Source of the DNA: an uncultured Clostridia bacterium
GTDB lineage: Bacteria > Bacillota > Clostridia > Oscillospirales > CAG-272
Assembly: GCA_945485605.1 (NCBI GenBank)
Contig: CALYSG010000001.1
Span: forward strand, 1-37,090
Direction: 5' to 3'
DNA length: 37,090 nt
Under the pieces are notes generated by a model that made no database searches, was not told the DNA's origin, and worked only from the letters and a program-made list of their open reading frames with translations. This document shows, piece after piece, positions 8,826-16,659 of this stretch; positions within the stretch are counted from its first letter, which is position 1, and each line of letters opens with the position of its first letter. A program made the position numbers and the translations under genes.

Positions 8826-9180
8826 AGTTATAACCGCCGGCGGGCAGTGCCCGCCTGTCGTATCGCTAACAGAAGTAATGCCTTCGGAGTAGCTTCGGCG
8901 CTTTTTCTTTGGCACAACAGGCGCAAAGAAAAAGCTTTGCAAAAAGAAAGCGCCGTAAAGGGGAGTTTCGCTCTCTGCGGAGAGCGACCAAGGCTCCGCC
9001 TTTGGAAACCGCAAGCCTTTGAAAAGGCTTGAGCCAAACTTTAAAACGGGCGTGGGGCGGTCGTTCACCTCACCTTTTTGCCGACATTGTTTCCGGGTGA
9101 AGTCTTCACCTTTCGGTGAATAAACCGCGAGTCAGGGGTGCAGGCACTGCCTGCGGCTGCGGGCACCGCCTGCCTGCCTG
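8826..9180. repeat. Hairpin-dense intergenic repeat block (REP/MITE-like), copy B plus extra hairpins
   Basis: This block shares the modules listed for copy A. It also has additional hairpins: ggcgggc-agt-gcccgcc (8840-8856), cgctctc-tgcg-gagagcg (about 8968-8985), and a 12-bp gctttttctttg/caaagaaaaagc stem (about 8899-8936). It lies inside the 5' UTR between the T-box terminator and the hit start. Confidence 0.6.
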
Positions 9181-9183
9181 CCG

Positions 9184-9468
9184 AAAATAAAAAAGCCGCA
9201 GTCAGATCTGACTGCGGGACGGAAAAAACTTTCCGCGGTACCACCCGTGTTCGCACAAAGATAAACCCTTGTACGCACTCAATACCCCTTAACGCGGGAA
9301 ACGCGACGGTCTGCGGGGAGGCAAAAGCTTACCCTTCTTCGCCGAGAGCAGAGAAATGAATCCTCAGCCGGAGTGAGCCGTGACCGGTCTCGCGCGGGGC
9401 ATCTCAGCAAAACTGCCCCTCTCTGTGGCGGAGGTCCGGTCACCTTTTCCGGCGACTCAATGATATAT
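9184..9468 (-). promoter_or_regulatory. T-box riboswitch leader, probable Leu (CUC) specifier
   Basis: The minus strand carries the conserved T-box sequence AACACGGGTGGTACCGCGG (9251-9233). It is followed by a terminator, CCGCAGTCA-GATC-TGACTGCGG plus CTTTTTTATTTT (9217-9184). Stem I can be drawn as GCCGG/CCGGC, TGACCGG/CCGGTCA and GGGGCA/TGCCCC, with a CAGAGAG AG-bulge and a GCUGAGA distal loop. The 3' side of the specifier loop, CGG-CUC-A-CU, places CUC (Leu) followed by a purine, which is consistent with leuS downstream. Confidence 0.85.
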
Positions 9469-9475
9469 TAAAAGA

Positions 9476-9504
9476 AATATATCACATTTATCCCCGATTG
9501 TCAA
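9476..9504 (-). promoter_or_regulatory. Sigma-70-type promoter driving the T-box leader
   Basis: The minus strand reads TTGACA (9504-9499), a 17-nt spacer, then TATATT (9481-9476) with a TGn extended -10. It sits just upstream of the Stem I start. Confidence 0.55.
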
Positions 9505-9554
9505 GGCTTTTATCCCCGATTTTTTCCGAAGCAGGTGAAAACCCTTCGTTTTTG

Positions 9555-9583
9555 TTGACAAACGAACTTTATAATGGTATAAT
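9555..9583 (+). promoter_or_regulatory. Strong sigma-70-type promoter of the TerB/ATPase/helicase cassette
   Basis: Consensus TTGACA (9555-9560), a 17-nt spacer, then consensus TATAAT (9578-9583) preceded by TGG (extended -10). A GGGAGGAGGG ribosome binding site lies before the ATG at 9628. Confidence 0.6.
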
Positions 9584-9627
9584 GATTCATTACAATATTA
9601 CAATAATTCAAAGGGAGGAGGGCCGAC

Positions 9628-11271
9628 ATGGAGAAAAAAGGTGATGCCTTTGATATGGACGATTTCTGGGCAATAGAAAAGCTCGTGCCGAAGAAAGAAA
9701 AGCCCGCCGTTTTGCGCCGTTCCTCCGACATTTCGGCAATAGAGATAACCTCCGACCTTACGCAAAACGCGGGCGGCGGTAATGAGGGAGACGCGCTTAC
9801 CGTAAAATACGTCCCCCGTCGCCGTGAGACCGCCGCACCGGACGACGAATACGAGCCTTCGTCGCCGCTGATCGGGAGCGTGAAGATCTACCGTTGGAAG
9901 AACAGTTACAACTATTACGAGGAATTCAGACGCGACGCCCTTCGCCTTTGCAAACGGAGCGGCAGACCGAGCGCGCATATCGCCTTCTTTTCCTACGTTC
10001 CTCAGTATGTTCAGTTAAGTGACGCGCAGCTTGAATATTACCTTTACTTCCGCGACTGCGTGAGAGCGGGAGCTTGCCCGAGGGAGACCGATTACAGCTA
10101 CGTTCTGCTTCTGATCTACGAGATAATTAATCTCGGAGGGGATGCCGACGTGAAGGAGGGACAGGAGCTCCTCTGCCGCATATGGGAGGGATATCGCGAC
10201 GTTTATCCGAGGCTTGACCGCTATCTTGCCGACTGGATATGCGACTATTCGCTGATCCATCATCTGCCTCCCCCCGTCGGGATATGCGACCGCGGGCTTG
10301 CCGACAACTCGACGCTCAAAGAATTTTACGTCTATTACGGCAAGGGAGAGGGTATCTCGCTCGGATACGCGCACGCGCTGATGCGTTTTTGTTCGGGCTA
10401 CGATTACAGAAAGAGCAAGTTTGCCGCGGGAGAGAACCTTGCGCTCTATGACGAGCACCTTGCCGGCGCACTTGCGAGGGTCATAGAGACTTGCTCTGAC
10501 GGGGATCAGCTCTTATCTGCGGCAGCTCTGACCGAGAACCGCATCACGCGCGACGCCTACTCGGGGGCTCTGTGCGCGTCCGAGATGAAGCGCAGACTCG
10601 AGATCAGCTTCTGCTCCTTTTCACGTTCGCACGAGCTGAGGTTCCTTGTTGCCGACGTGCTGAAATATGCCGAGAACAGACTCCGAGGCTATCTCGGTGT
10701 AAAATCAAAGCTGAGCGTTTTCGGGATCCCGAAGCCGCTCGCGGATGCCGTTGACGCATATTTCAACGAAAAACTGCCGCAAAGACGCCGGGAAAAGGAA
10801 ACGTCCGCGGACACCATAGCAAAGGAGCCTTACGCTAAGCTCTATGACGCGCCGTCATCTCCCCTTTCGGAAGAGAACGCCGCGAAGATCGAAGAGAGGT
10901 CCTGGGGGACGACGAAGATCCTTGTCGAGGCATTCGATATGGAGGAGGATAGCGGGACAAGCACTTCACCGGCGAAGGAGGTACTTACCGCCCCTGTGCT
11001 TGATTCTCTTCCCGAAGAAGAGATAAGCGATAAAGAGAGGCTTTACGCATTATTTGACGCGGATATGCTTGCCTTTGTGAGAGCCGCGCTCGTCGGAGAT
11101 GTTTTGGCTGAGGAAAGGATAGCGGGGAAACAGGGTAAACTGAAGGATGCCTTTGCAGATGATATAAACGGAATCGCCGCCGATGTGATAGGCGACGTGA
11201 TACTTGAGGATATCGGCGTGGGATATGCCGTTATTGAAGATTACAGGGAGTTGTTTGAAGATGACCGATAA
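9628..11271 (+). CDS. sngA: TerB-N / TerB-C domain protein (Shango SngA-like)
   Basis: 547-aa ORF. The segment FFSYVPQYVQLSDAQLEYYLYFRDCVRAG....DYSYVLLLIYEIINL matches my recollection of the TerB-N signature (F.sY.P.Y..l...Q..yYlywR ... y.fLY.YE.IN). The C-terminal segment DDINGIAADVIGDVILEDIGVGYAVIEDYRELF resembles TerB-C. There is no TM segment or signal peptide. The gene symbol is given by architecture only. Confidence 0.8.
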   Translation: MEKKGDAFDMDDFWAIEKLVPKKEKPAVLRRSSDISAIEITSDLTQNAGGGNEGDALTVKYVPRRRETAAPDDEYEPSSPLIGSVKIYRWKNSYNYYEEFRRDALRLCKRSGRPSAHIAFFSYVPQYVQLSDAQLEYYLYFRDCVRAGACPRETDYSYVLLLIYEIINLGGDADVKEGQELLCRIWEGYRDVYPRLDRYLADWICDYSLIHHLPPPVGICDRGLADNSTLKEFYVYYGKGEGISLGYAHALMRFCSGYDYRKSKFAAGENLALYDEHLAGALARVIETCSDGDQLLSAAALTENRITRDAYSGALCASEMKRRLEISFCSFSRSHELRFLVADVLKYAENRLRGYLGVKSKLSVFGIPKPLADAVDAYFNEKLPQRRREKETSADTIAKEPYAKLYDAPSSPLSEENAAKIEERSWGTTKILVEAFDMEEDSGTSTSPAKEVLTAPVLDSLPEEEISDKERLYALFDADMLAFVRAALVGDVLAEERIAGKQGKLKDAFADDINGIAADVIGDVILEDIGVGYAVIEDYRELFEDDR

Positions 11272-12625
11272 TAATACGCAGAAGATACCGAAAAGGATAC
11301 TTGCCTCGCTACTCGCCTCGGTCTCGGCGGGGGTGGTCCCGCGCGCGGGTGCGCCCTATATCGCGATAGGCAGGGAGGACGAGATCGCCGCACTGCTTTC
11401 CGACCTTGAGCTCGTAAATGAGGGCGGAGGCTCTATGCGCTTCCTTATCGGGCGCTACGGAAGCGGCAAGAGCTTCCTTATCCAGCTGATGAGGGGATAC
11501 GCGCTTGAGCGGGGGTTTGTGACCGCCGACTGCGATCTGTCGCCCGAAAGAAGGCTCTACGGCACGGGCGGGAGCGGAGTTGCGACCTACCGCGAGCTTA
11601 TGAAGAACCTTGCCACGAAGTCCTCGCCGGACGGTGGAGCTCTGCCGAAGCTGATCGCGAGGCATATTTCGGAGCTTCGGATCTCGCTTTCCGAAAAGGG
11701 GATAGAGAGCGATTCTCCCGCTTTTTATCAGTCGCTTGAGGCGGCGATACTCGAGGAGCTGCGCGACATGGAATTTCTTGTCGGAGGCTTTGACTTTGCG
11801 AAGGTCATAACCGGATATTTCAGAGCCTACAACTCGGACGACGAGGATAAAAAGAGCGCATGCCTTCGCTGGCTCCGCGGCGAATACGCGACGAAAACAG
11901 AGGCGCAGTCCTCGCTCGGCTTCCGCGTGTCCTCCATAATCTGTGACGAGAACTGGTACGATTTTCTGAAGCTCTGGGCGGCTTTCGTCCGCAGGATGGG
12001 TTACAGGGGGCTTGTCGTTTTCATCGACGAGTGCGTGAACCTCTATAAGATCACTCACAGGGTCAGCCGCGAGAACAACTATGAGAAGATCCTCTCGATG
12101 TTCAATGACACCTTGCAGGGAAGAGCGCCGGGGCTTGATCTGATACTGGGCGGGACCCCGCAGTTCCTCGAAGATACGCGGAGAGGGCTTTTCGGCTACG
12201 AGGCGCTCCGCTCGCGCCTCTGTGACAGCCGTTTCATGACGGAGGGATATAAGAATCTTATAGGCCCCGTGATAAGGCTCAGGCGCCTTTCGGACGACGA
12301 GCTTTTTGCGCTTATCGTGAGAGTAACTAAGCTGCACGGGCAGAATTATAACTGGGAACCGAGAATAAGCACCGCGGAGATGACCGAGTTTTTGCGGATC
12401 TGCCTGTCGCGCGCGGGAGCCGATTCGATGATAACTCCGCGTGAGATGCTCCGCGACTATATGACCGTGCTGAATATACTTTACCAGAATGAAAACGTGC
12501 GTTTTGCCGACCTTACGGGGCAGGTGACGCTTAAGACCGCCGCCGACGAAGAGACCGGGAAGCAAGTCCCGCCGCCGCAGTCGGCGGAAAAAGGAAAATT
12601 CGACCCGGAGGATCTTGATCTCTGA
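11261..12625 (+). CDS. sngB: P-loop ATPase (DUF2791/BrxD-like, Shango SngB-like)
   Basis: 454 aa counted from the ATG at 11261, which overlaps the upstream stop by 11 nt (ATGACCGATAA). It has Walker A GRYGSGKS, Walker B GLVVFIDE, and an N-terminal segment (RILASLLASVSAGVVPRAGAPYIAIGRE) as in the DUF2791-type ATPases I recall. The tracked start at 11204 lies inside the upstream gene and has no ribosome binding site. Confidence 0.8.
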   Translation: MTDNNTQKIPKRILASLLASVSAGVVPRAGAPYIAIGREDEIAALLSDLELVNEGGGSMRFLIGRYGSGKSFLIQLMRGYALERGFVTADCDLSPERRLYGTGGSGVATYRELMKNLATKSSPDGGALPKLIARHISELRISLSEKGIESDSPAFYQSLEAAILEELRDMEFLVGGFDFAKVITGYFRAYNSDDEDKKSACLRWLRGEYATKTEAQSSLGFRVSSIICDENWYDFLKLWAAFVRRMGYRGLVVFIDECVNLYKITHRVSRENNYEKILSMFNDTLQGRAPGLDLILGGTPQFLEDTRRGLFGYEALRSRLCDSRFMTEGYKNLIGPVIRLRRLSDDELFALIVRVTKLHGQNYNWEPRISTAEMTEFLRICLSRAGADSMITPREMLRDYMTVLNILYQNENVRFADLTGQVTLKTAADEETGKQVPPPQSAEKGKFDPEDLDL

Positions 12626-12645
12626 CCTGAAAGGAAAATCAAAAA

Positions 12646-14883
12646 ATGACCGAAGCCGACAGAATATTCGACCGTTTCCCGGATTTTATCAAAGAATATA
12701 TTTACAGTCACTCGTGGGAATCTCTGCGTGAGGTTCAGATCGCGGCGGCAGAGTGCATATTTGAGACCGATCACGATCTGCTCCTGACCTCTTCGACGGC
12801 GAGCGGAAAGACCGAGGCGGCATTTTTCCCAGTGCTTGCCGAGCTTTGCCGAGATATGCCGACGAGCGTCGGGGTGCTGTATATCGCGCCGCTCAAGGCT
12901 CTTATAAACGACCAGTTTCTCAGAATAGAGGAGCTTCTTGAGGAATCCGGGATCCCCGTGACGCATTGGCACGGGGATGTTGCCCGTTCTCATAAGCGAA
13001 AATTGCTCGAGGATCCGCGAGGGATACTTCAGATAACGCCGGAATCGCTCGAGAGCCTTCTTATCAACCGCTCAAACGATATAGGAAGACTTTTTTGCGA
13101 TCTGCGCTTTGTTATAATCGACGAGATCCATACCCTGACCGGGTCTGACAGAGGAAATCAGATAATATGCCAGCTCTCGCGACTTGACCGCGCGATCGGG
13201 CGCTCGCCGAGGCGCATAGGGCTTTCCGCGACGGTCGGAGATCCGGCACTTGCCGCGGACTGGCTCTCGGGGGGCAGAGGCGTGACCGTCGATATACCGA
13301 AGCTTCCGCCGGAGAAGCTTCGCTGGCGACTCGGGCTCGAGCATTTTTATATTCAGAACCCAAGCCCCGTGCAGGCTGACGTCGAAGGGGTAAAGTTCAA
13401 GCTTCCGAAGCTGCCTGATGCCGAGATCGACGCGGGGTATGAGTACCTTTACGACTGTGTGAAGGACAAGAAGGCGCTCGTATTCTCCAACTCGCGTGAG
13501 GAGACCGAATATCTGACGGCGACTCTGCGTCAGATAGCAAGGGCACGCGGCGAGCCCGATGTGTTCCTTATACACCACGGAAACCTTTCCGCGGCGCTCC
13601 GCGAGGAAGCCGAGACGAAGATGAAAAATGAAGAGATCCGCGCCGTGACCTGTGCGACTGTCACCATGGAGCTCGGAATAGATATAGGAAAGCTCGAACG
13701 CATCGGACACCTCGGTTCGCCGTGCTCGGTTTCGTCCTTCCTTCAAAGGCTCGGCAGATCGGGCAGGAGAGGAGATCCGCCCGAGATGATGATGGTCTTT
13801 CGCGAGGAGGAGGCTCTTCCGAACGCGCCGCTCCCCGAGCTTATACCCTGGGAGCTGCTGCGTGCGATCGCGATAATACAGCTCTATCTCGAAGAGAGAT
13901 TCATAGAGCCGCCGAAGAGAAAGAGCCTGCCGCTCAGCCTTCTCTTTCATCAGACGCTGTCGGTCCTCGCCTCGTCGGGCGAGCTGACTCCAAAGAGACT
14001 TGCGGAGAGGATCCTGTCGCTCCCGCCGTTTTCGCAGGTAAGCCGCGAGGACTTCAGGACCCTTCTTGTTTCGATGCTGGAAAACGACTACATCGAGATG
14101 ACGGAGGAGAAGGGACTTATCGTCGGACTTGCCGGCGAGAGACTGATCGGGACGTTCAAGTTCTACGCGGTATTCAAGGACACGGAGGACTTCACGGTGC
14201 GCGCCGGCTCGGACGAGATAGGCACTATAACGACGCCCCCTCCGGTCGGAGACCGCTTCGCCCTCGCCGGAAGAGTATGGGAGGTAGAGGAGCTCGATAT
14301 AAAACGCAGGCTCATCTATGTGAAGCAGGTCGAGGGCAAGATGGAGGTCTCGTGGCCGGGAGACTACGGCGAGATCGACACGCGGATCCTTACCCGTATG
14401 AGGCAGGTGCTTAAAGAGGATACGGAGTATCCTTACCTGAAGCCGAACGCCCGCGCGCGCCTTGCCGCGGCGAGGAACATCGCCCGTGCGAGCGGCATGA
14501 CCGAAAGGTCGCTCGTATGTCTCGGGGGATACACGTGGTGCCTTTTCCCGTGGCTCGGGACAAGGTCTTTCAGAACACTGAGAAAGTACATCTCGGCGAA
14601 TTCGGCGAGATACGGTATTACGGGACTTGAGTTTGACGGGTGCTGTTATATGACCTTCAGAATGGATAAGGCGACCGACCGCGAGCTAATATCGGGGCTT
14701 TCTGACAGGATCGCGAGAGAGGGGATAGATACCGCCGCGCTCGTCGCGTCGGGCGAGGTGCCGCTTTTCGAGAAGTACGACTCTCTGTTACCCGCGTCAC
14801 TTCTGCGCCGACAGTACGCCGCCGACCGTCTCCGCACCGACGAGGTTGAGGCGAGAATAAGAGAGATCCTCGCGGAATACTGA
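12646..14883 (+). CDS. sngC: Lhr-type DExH-box superfamily 2 helicase (Shango SngC-like)
   Basis: 745-aa ORF. Motifs are motif I TASGKTEAAFFP, the Lhr-like YIAPLKALINDQ, motif II IIDEIHTL (DEIH), motif III GLSATVG and motif VI QRLGRSGRRG. A C-terminal extension of about 350 aa follows. It starts 20 nt after sngB, with a GAAAGGAAAA ribosome binding site. Confidence 0.88.
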   Translation: MTEADRIFDRFPDFIKEYIYSHSWESLREVQIAAAECIFETDHDLLLTSSTASGKTEAAFFPVLAELCRDMPTSVGVLYIAPLKALINDQFLRIEELLEESGIPVTHWHGDVARSHKRKLLEDPRGILQITPESLESLLINRSNDIGRLFCDLRFVIIDEIHTLTGSDRGNQIICQLSRLDRAIGRSPRRIGLSATVGDPALAADWLSGGRGVTVDIPKLPPEKLRWRLGLEHFYIQNPSPVQADVEGVKFKLPKLPDAEIDAGYEYLYDCVKDKKALVFSNSREETEYLTATLRQIARARGEPDVFLIHHGNLSAALREEAETKMKNEEIRAVTCATVTMELGIDIGKLERIGHLGSPCSVSSFLQRLGRSGRRGDPPEMMMVFREEEALPNAPLPELIPWELLRAIAIIQLYLEERFIEPPKRKSLPLSLLFHQTLSVLASSGELTPKRLAERILSLPPFSQVSREDFRTLLVSMLENDYIEMTEEKGLIVGLAGERLIGTFKFYAVFKDTEDFTVRAGSDEIGTITTPPPVGDRFALAGRVWEVEELDIKRRLIYVKQVEGKMEVSWPGDYGEIDTRILTRMRQVLKEDTEYPYLKPNARARLAAARNIARASGMTERSLVCLGGYTWCLFPWLGTRSFRTLRKYISANSARYGITGLEFDGCCYMTFRMDKATDRELISGLSDRIAREGIDTAALVASGEVPLFEKYDSLLPASLLRRQYAADRLRTDEVEARIREILAEY

Positions 14884-14901
14884 AAAAAGTTGCGAATACC
14901 C

Positions 14902-14930
14902 TTGAAATCGCACGAAATGTGTGCTATAAT
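14902..14930 (+). promoter_or_regulatory. Sigma-70-type promoter of the S-box/metK unit
   Basis: TTGAAA (14902-14907), a 17-nt spacer, then TATAAT (14925-14930) with a TGC extended -10. Confidence 0.6.
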
Positions 14931-14948
14931 AAAGTCAACAATACACGA

Positions 14949-15076
14949 TCTTATCAAGAGTGGCGGAGGGACCGGCCCTTTGAAGCCCGACAACCTGCGG
15001 TTTTTGCCGTAAGGTGCCAAATCCGGACAGATGAGGTATTTGAAGCCCGCTTCAATGCCGAAGCGGGCTTTTTCTT
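14949..15076 (+). promoter_or_regulatory. SAM-I (S-box) riboswitch with intrinsic terminator
   Basis: Conserved S-box blocks are present: TCTTATCAAGAGTGGCGGAGGGACCGGCCCTTTGAAGCCCGACAACC and GGTGCCAAATCCGGACAGA. An expression-platform hairpin GAAGCCCGCTTC/GAAGCGGGCTTT plus a T-run follows (15042-15076). It lies directly upstream of metK. Confidence 0.9.
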
Positions 15077-15090
15077 ACGGAGGAACAAAA

Positions 15091-16269
15091 ATGGCAAGAA
15101 AACTTTTCACTTCCGAGTCGGTGACGGAGGGACATCCCGACAAAATATGCGATATTATTTCCGATTCGATCCTTGACGAATGTCTGAGGCTCGATCCCAT
15201 GTCTCGCGTCGCCTGCGAGACCTGCTGCACTACGGGACTTGTCCTTGTCATGGGCGAGATCACGACCGAGGCTTACGTAGACTTTCAGCACGTCGTCCGC
15301 GAGGCTGTGCGGAATATTGGCTACGACCGCGCAAAGTACGGCTTTGACTGCGACAGCTGTGCCGTCATCAGCTCGATACATGAGCAGTCTCCCGATATTG
15401 CCCTCGGCGTTGACCGCTCGAAGGAGGCTAAAGAGGGCGAACAGACCGACGGATTTGACACGGGCGCGGGCGATCAGGGGCTTATGTTCGGCTACGCCTG
15501 CAACGAAACACCTGAGTTTATGCCGCTTCCGATATCACTTGCGCATAAGCTGGCAAAGAGGCTTACCGAGGTCAGAAAGAACGGTACGCTTCCTTACCTC
15601 CGTCCGGACGGAAAGACTCAGGTGACGGTAGAATATGACGGTGATACCCCGGTCAGAGTCGACACGGTCGTAGTATCGACTCAGCACAGTCCCGATGTCG
15701 GACTTGATAAGATAAGCCGCGATATAAAGGAGCAGGTAATAGATCGGATCATTCCCGGATCCCTGCTTAAAGACACCCGTATCCTCGTAAACCCGACCGG
15801 CAGGTTCGTGGTCGGCGGCCCCGCGGGCGACAGCGGACTTACGGGGCGCAAGATAATAGTCGATACCTACGGCGGATACGCGCGTCACGGCGGCGGATGC
15901 TTCTCGGGCAAGGATCCGACGAAGGTCGACCGTTCGGCAAGCTACGCGGCGCGCCATATTGCGAAAAATATCGTAGCGGCGGGATACGCTGACCGTTGCG
16001 AGGTACAGATAGCCTATGCGATCGGCGTCGCAAAGCCCGTTTCGGTTAGGGTAGATACCTTCGGCAGCGGAAGGATAGGCGACGACAGGATCGCCGATGC
16101 GGTCAAACAGCTGTTTGACCTCCGTCCCGCCGCCATCATTGAGAGATTCGATATGAGAAAGCCCATCTACGCGCCTCTCGCCGCATACGGACACATCGGG
16201 CGTGAGGAGCTCGGCGTAAAGTGGGAAGCTCTCGACTATACGGAAAAGCTCAGAGCGCTTCTCGGCTGA
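15091..16269 (+). CDS. metK: S-adenosylmethionine synthetase
   Basis: 392 aa counted from the ATG at 15091, which has a GGAGGA ribosome binding site. The sequence contains [33 protein letters not shown] and [16 protein letters not shown], all hallmark MetK motifs. The tracked start at 15031 would lie inside the riboswitch terminator. Confidence 0.97.
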   Translation: MARKLFTSESVTEGHPDKICDIISDSILDECLRLDPMSRVACETCCTTGLVLVMGEITTEAYVDFQHVVREAVRNIGYDRAKYGFDCDSCAVISSIHEQSPDIALGVDRSKEAKEGEQTDGFDTGAGDQGLMFGYACNETPEFMPLPISLAHKLAKRLTEVRKNGTLPYLRPDGKTQVTVEYDGDTPVRVDTVVVSTQHSPDVGLDKISRDIKEQVIDRIIPGSLLKDTRILVNPTGRFVVGGPAGDSGLTGRKIIVDTYGGYARHGGGCFSGKDPTKVDRSASYAARHIAKNIVAAGYADRCEVQIAYAIGVAKPVSVRVDTFGSGRIGDDRIADAVKQLFDLRPAAIIERFDMRKPIYAPLAAYGHIGREELGVKWEALDYTEKLRALLG

Positions 16270-16332
16270 AACAATGTCAAATCTCAATGCCTCCGAATAT
16301 CCTTATAAAAAAGATATCCGGAGGTCAACGCA

Positions 16333-16659
16333 ATGTTTGAGACCGTCTTTGCGTGTATTATGGCAATGCTTTCTGTGTTCGGGGCTTACTGCATGGTAAG
16401 GCTCCTTATCTCGGAACTCGTGTCGCCCTTTTCAACTGCGATAGAGATCTGCGATTCGGATGACGCCGAGAGCATATTCGAAAGGATCGGTGAGGCGTCA
16501 TTGCGCTTCCCGGAGGGCAGGATATGCCTGCTTGTCAATGAAAACAGTCCTGCAAGAGAGCTGTTAAGGACTCTCGATATCGGCAGTCGTGCGAAAATAT
16601 TCATTATAAAGGATCCTGCGGAGGAAAAAAGTGGCGGAGAGCGACAGTCTCGGCAATGA
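16333..16659 (+). CDS. Hypothetical small protein with an N-terminal TM helix
   Basis: 108-aa ORF. A GGAGG ribosome binding site sits 8 nt upstream. The N-terminus is hydrophobic (FACIMAMLSVFGAYCMVRLLI). The 3' end overlaps the recD2 GTG start by 29 nt. I do not recognise a family. Confidence 0.5.
   Translation: MFETVFACIMAMLSVFGAYCMVRLLISELVSPFSTAIEICDSDDAESIFERIGEASLRFPEGRICLLVNENSPARELLRTLDIGSRAKIFIIKDPAEEKSGGERQSRQ

Noticed and set aside
8775-9068. N-terminal extension of the HIT ORF (tracked as 210 aa)
   Set aside because: The extension translates repeat/hairpin DNA (…FKGLRFPKAEPWSLSAESETPLYGAFFLQSFFFAP…). The HIT domain begins at the internal ATG at 8774, which has a good GGAGG ribosome binding site.
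9628-11271. Interpreting the TerB-domain gene as tellurite resistance
   Set aside because: There are no terZ/A/C/D/E-type neighbours. The protein has the TerB-N/TerB-C architecture, which travels with the ATPase-helicase pair rather than the classical ter operon TerB.
11309-12565. 418-aa minus-strand ORF, and also 13072-13950 (292 aa, minus strand)
   Set aside because: These are shadows of the ATPase and helicase genes. The translations are Arg/Pro/Leu-rich with no motifs, whereas the plus-strand frames carry Walker and helicase motifs.
15031-15090. Upstream start for metK
   Set aside because: It would begin inside the S-box terminator hairpin. The canonical MetK N-terminus ([10 protein letters not shown]) with a ribosome binding site starts at 15091.
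14902-16269. A functional link between metK (SAM supply) and the adjacent defence cassette
   Set aside because: metK has its own promoter and SAM-I riboswitch and is a universal housekeeping gene. The adjacency is more simply explained by the cassette inserting next to it.
15535-16287. 250-aa minus-strand ORF, and 17801-18805 (334 aa, minus strand)
   Set aside because: These are antisense shadows of metK and recD2 respectively.
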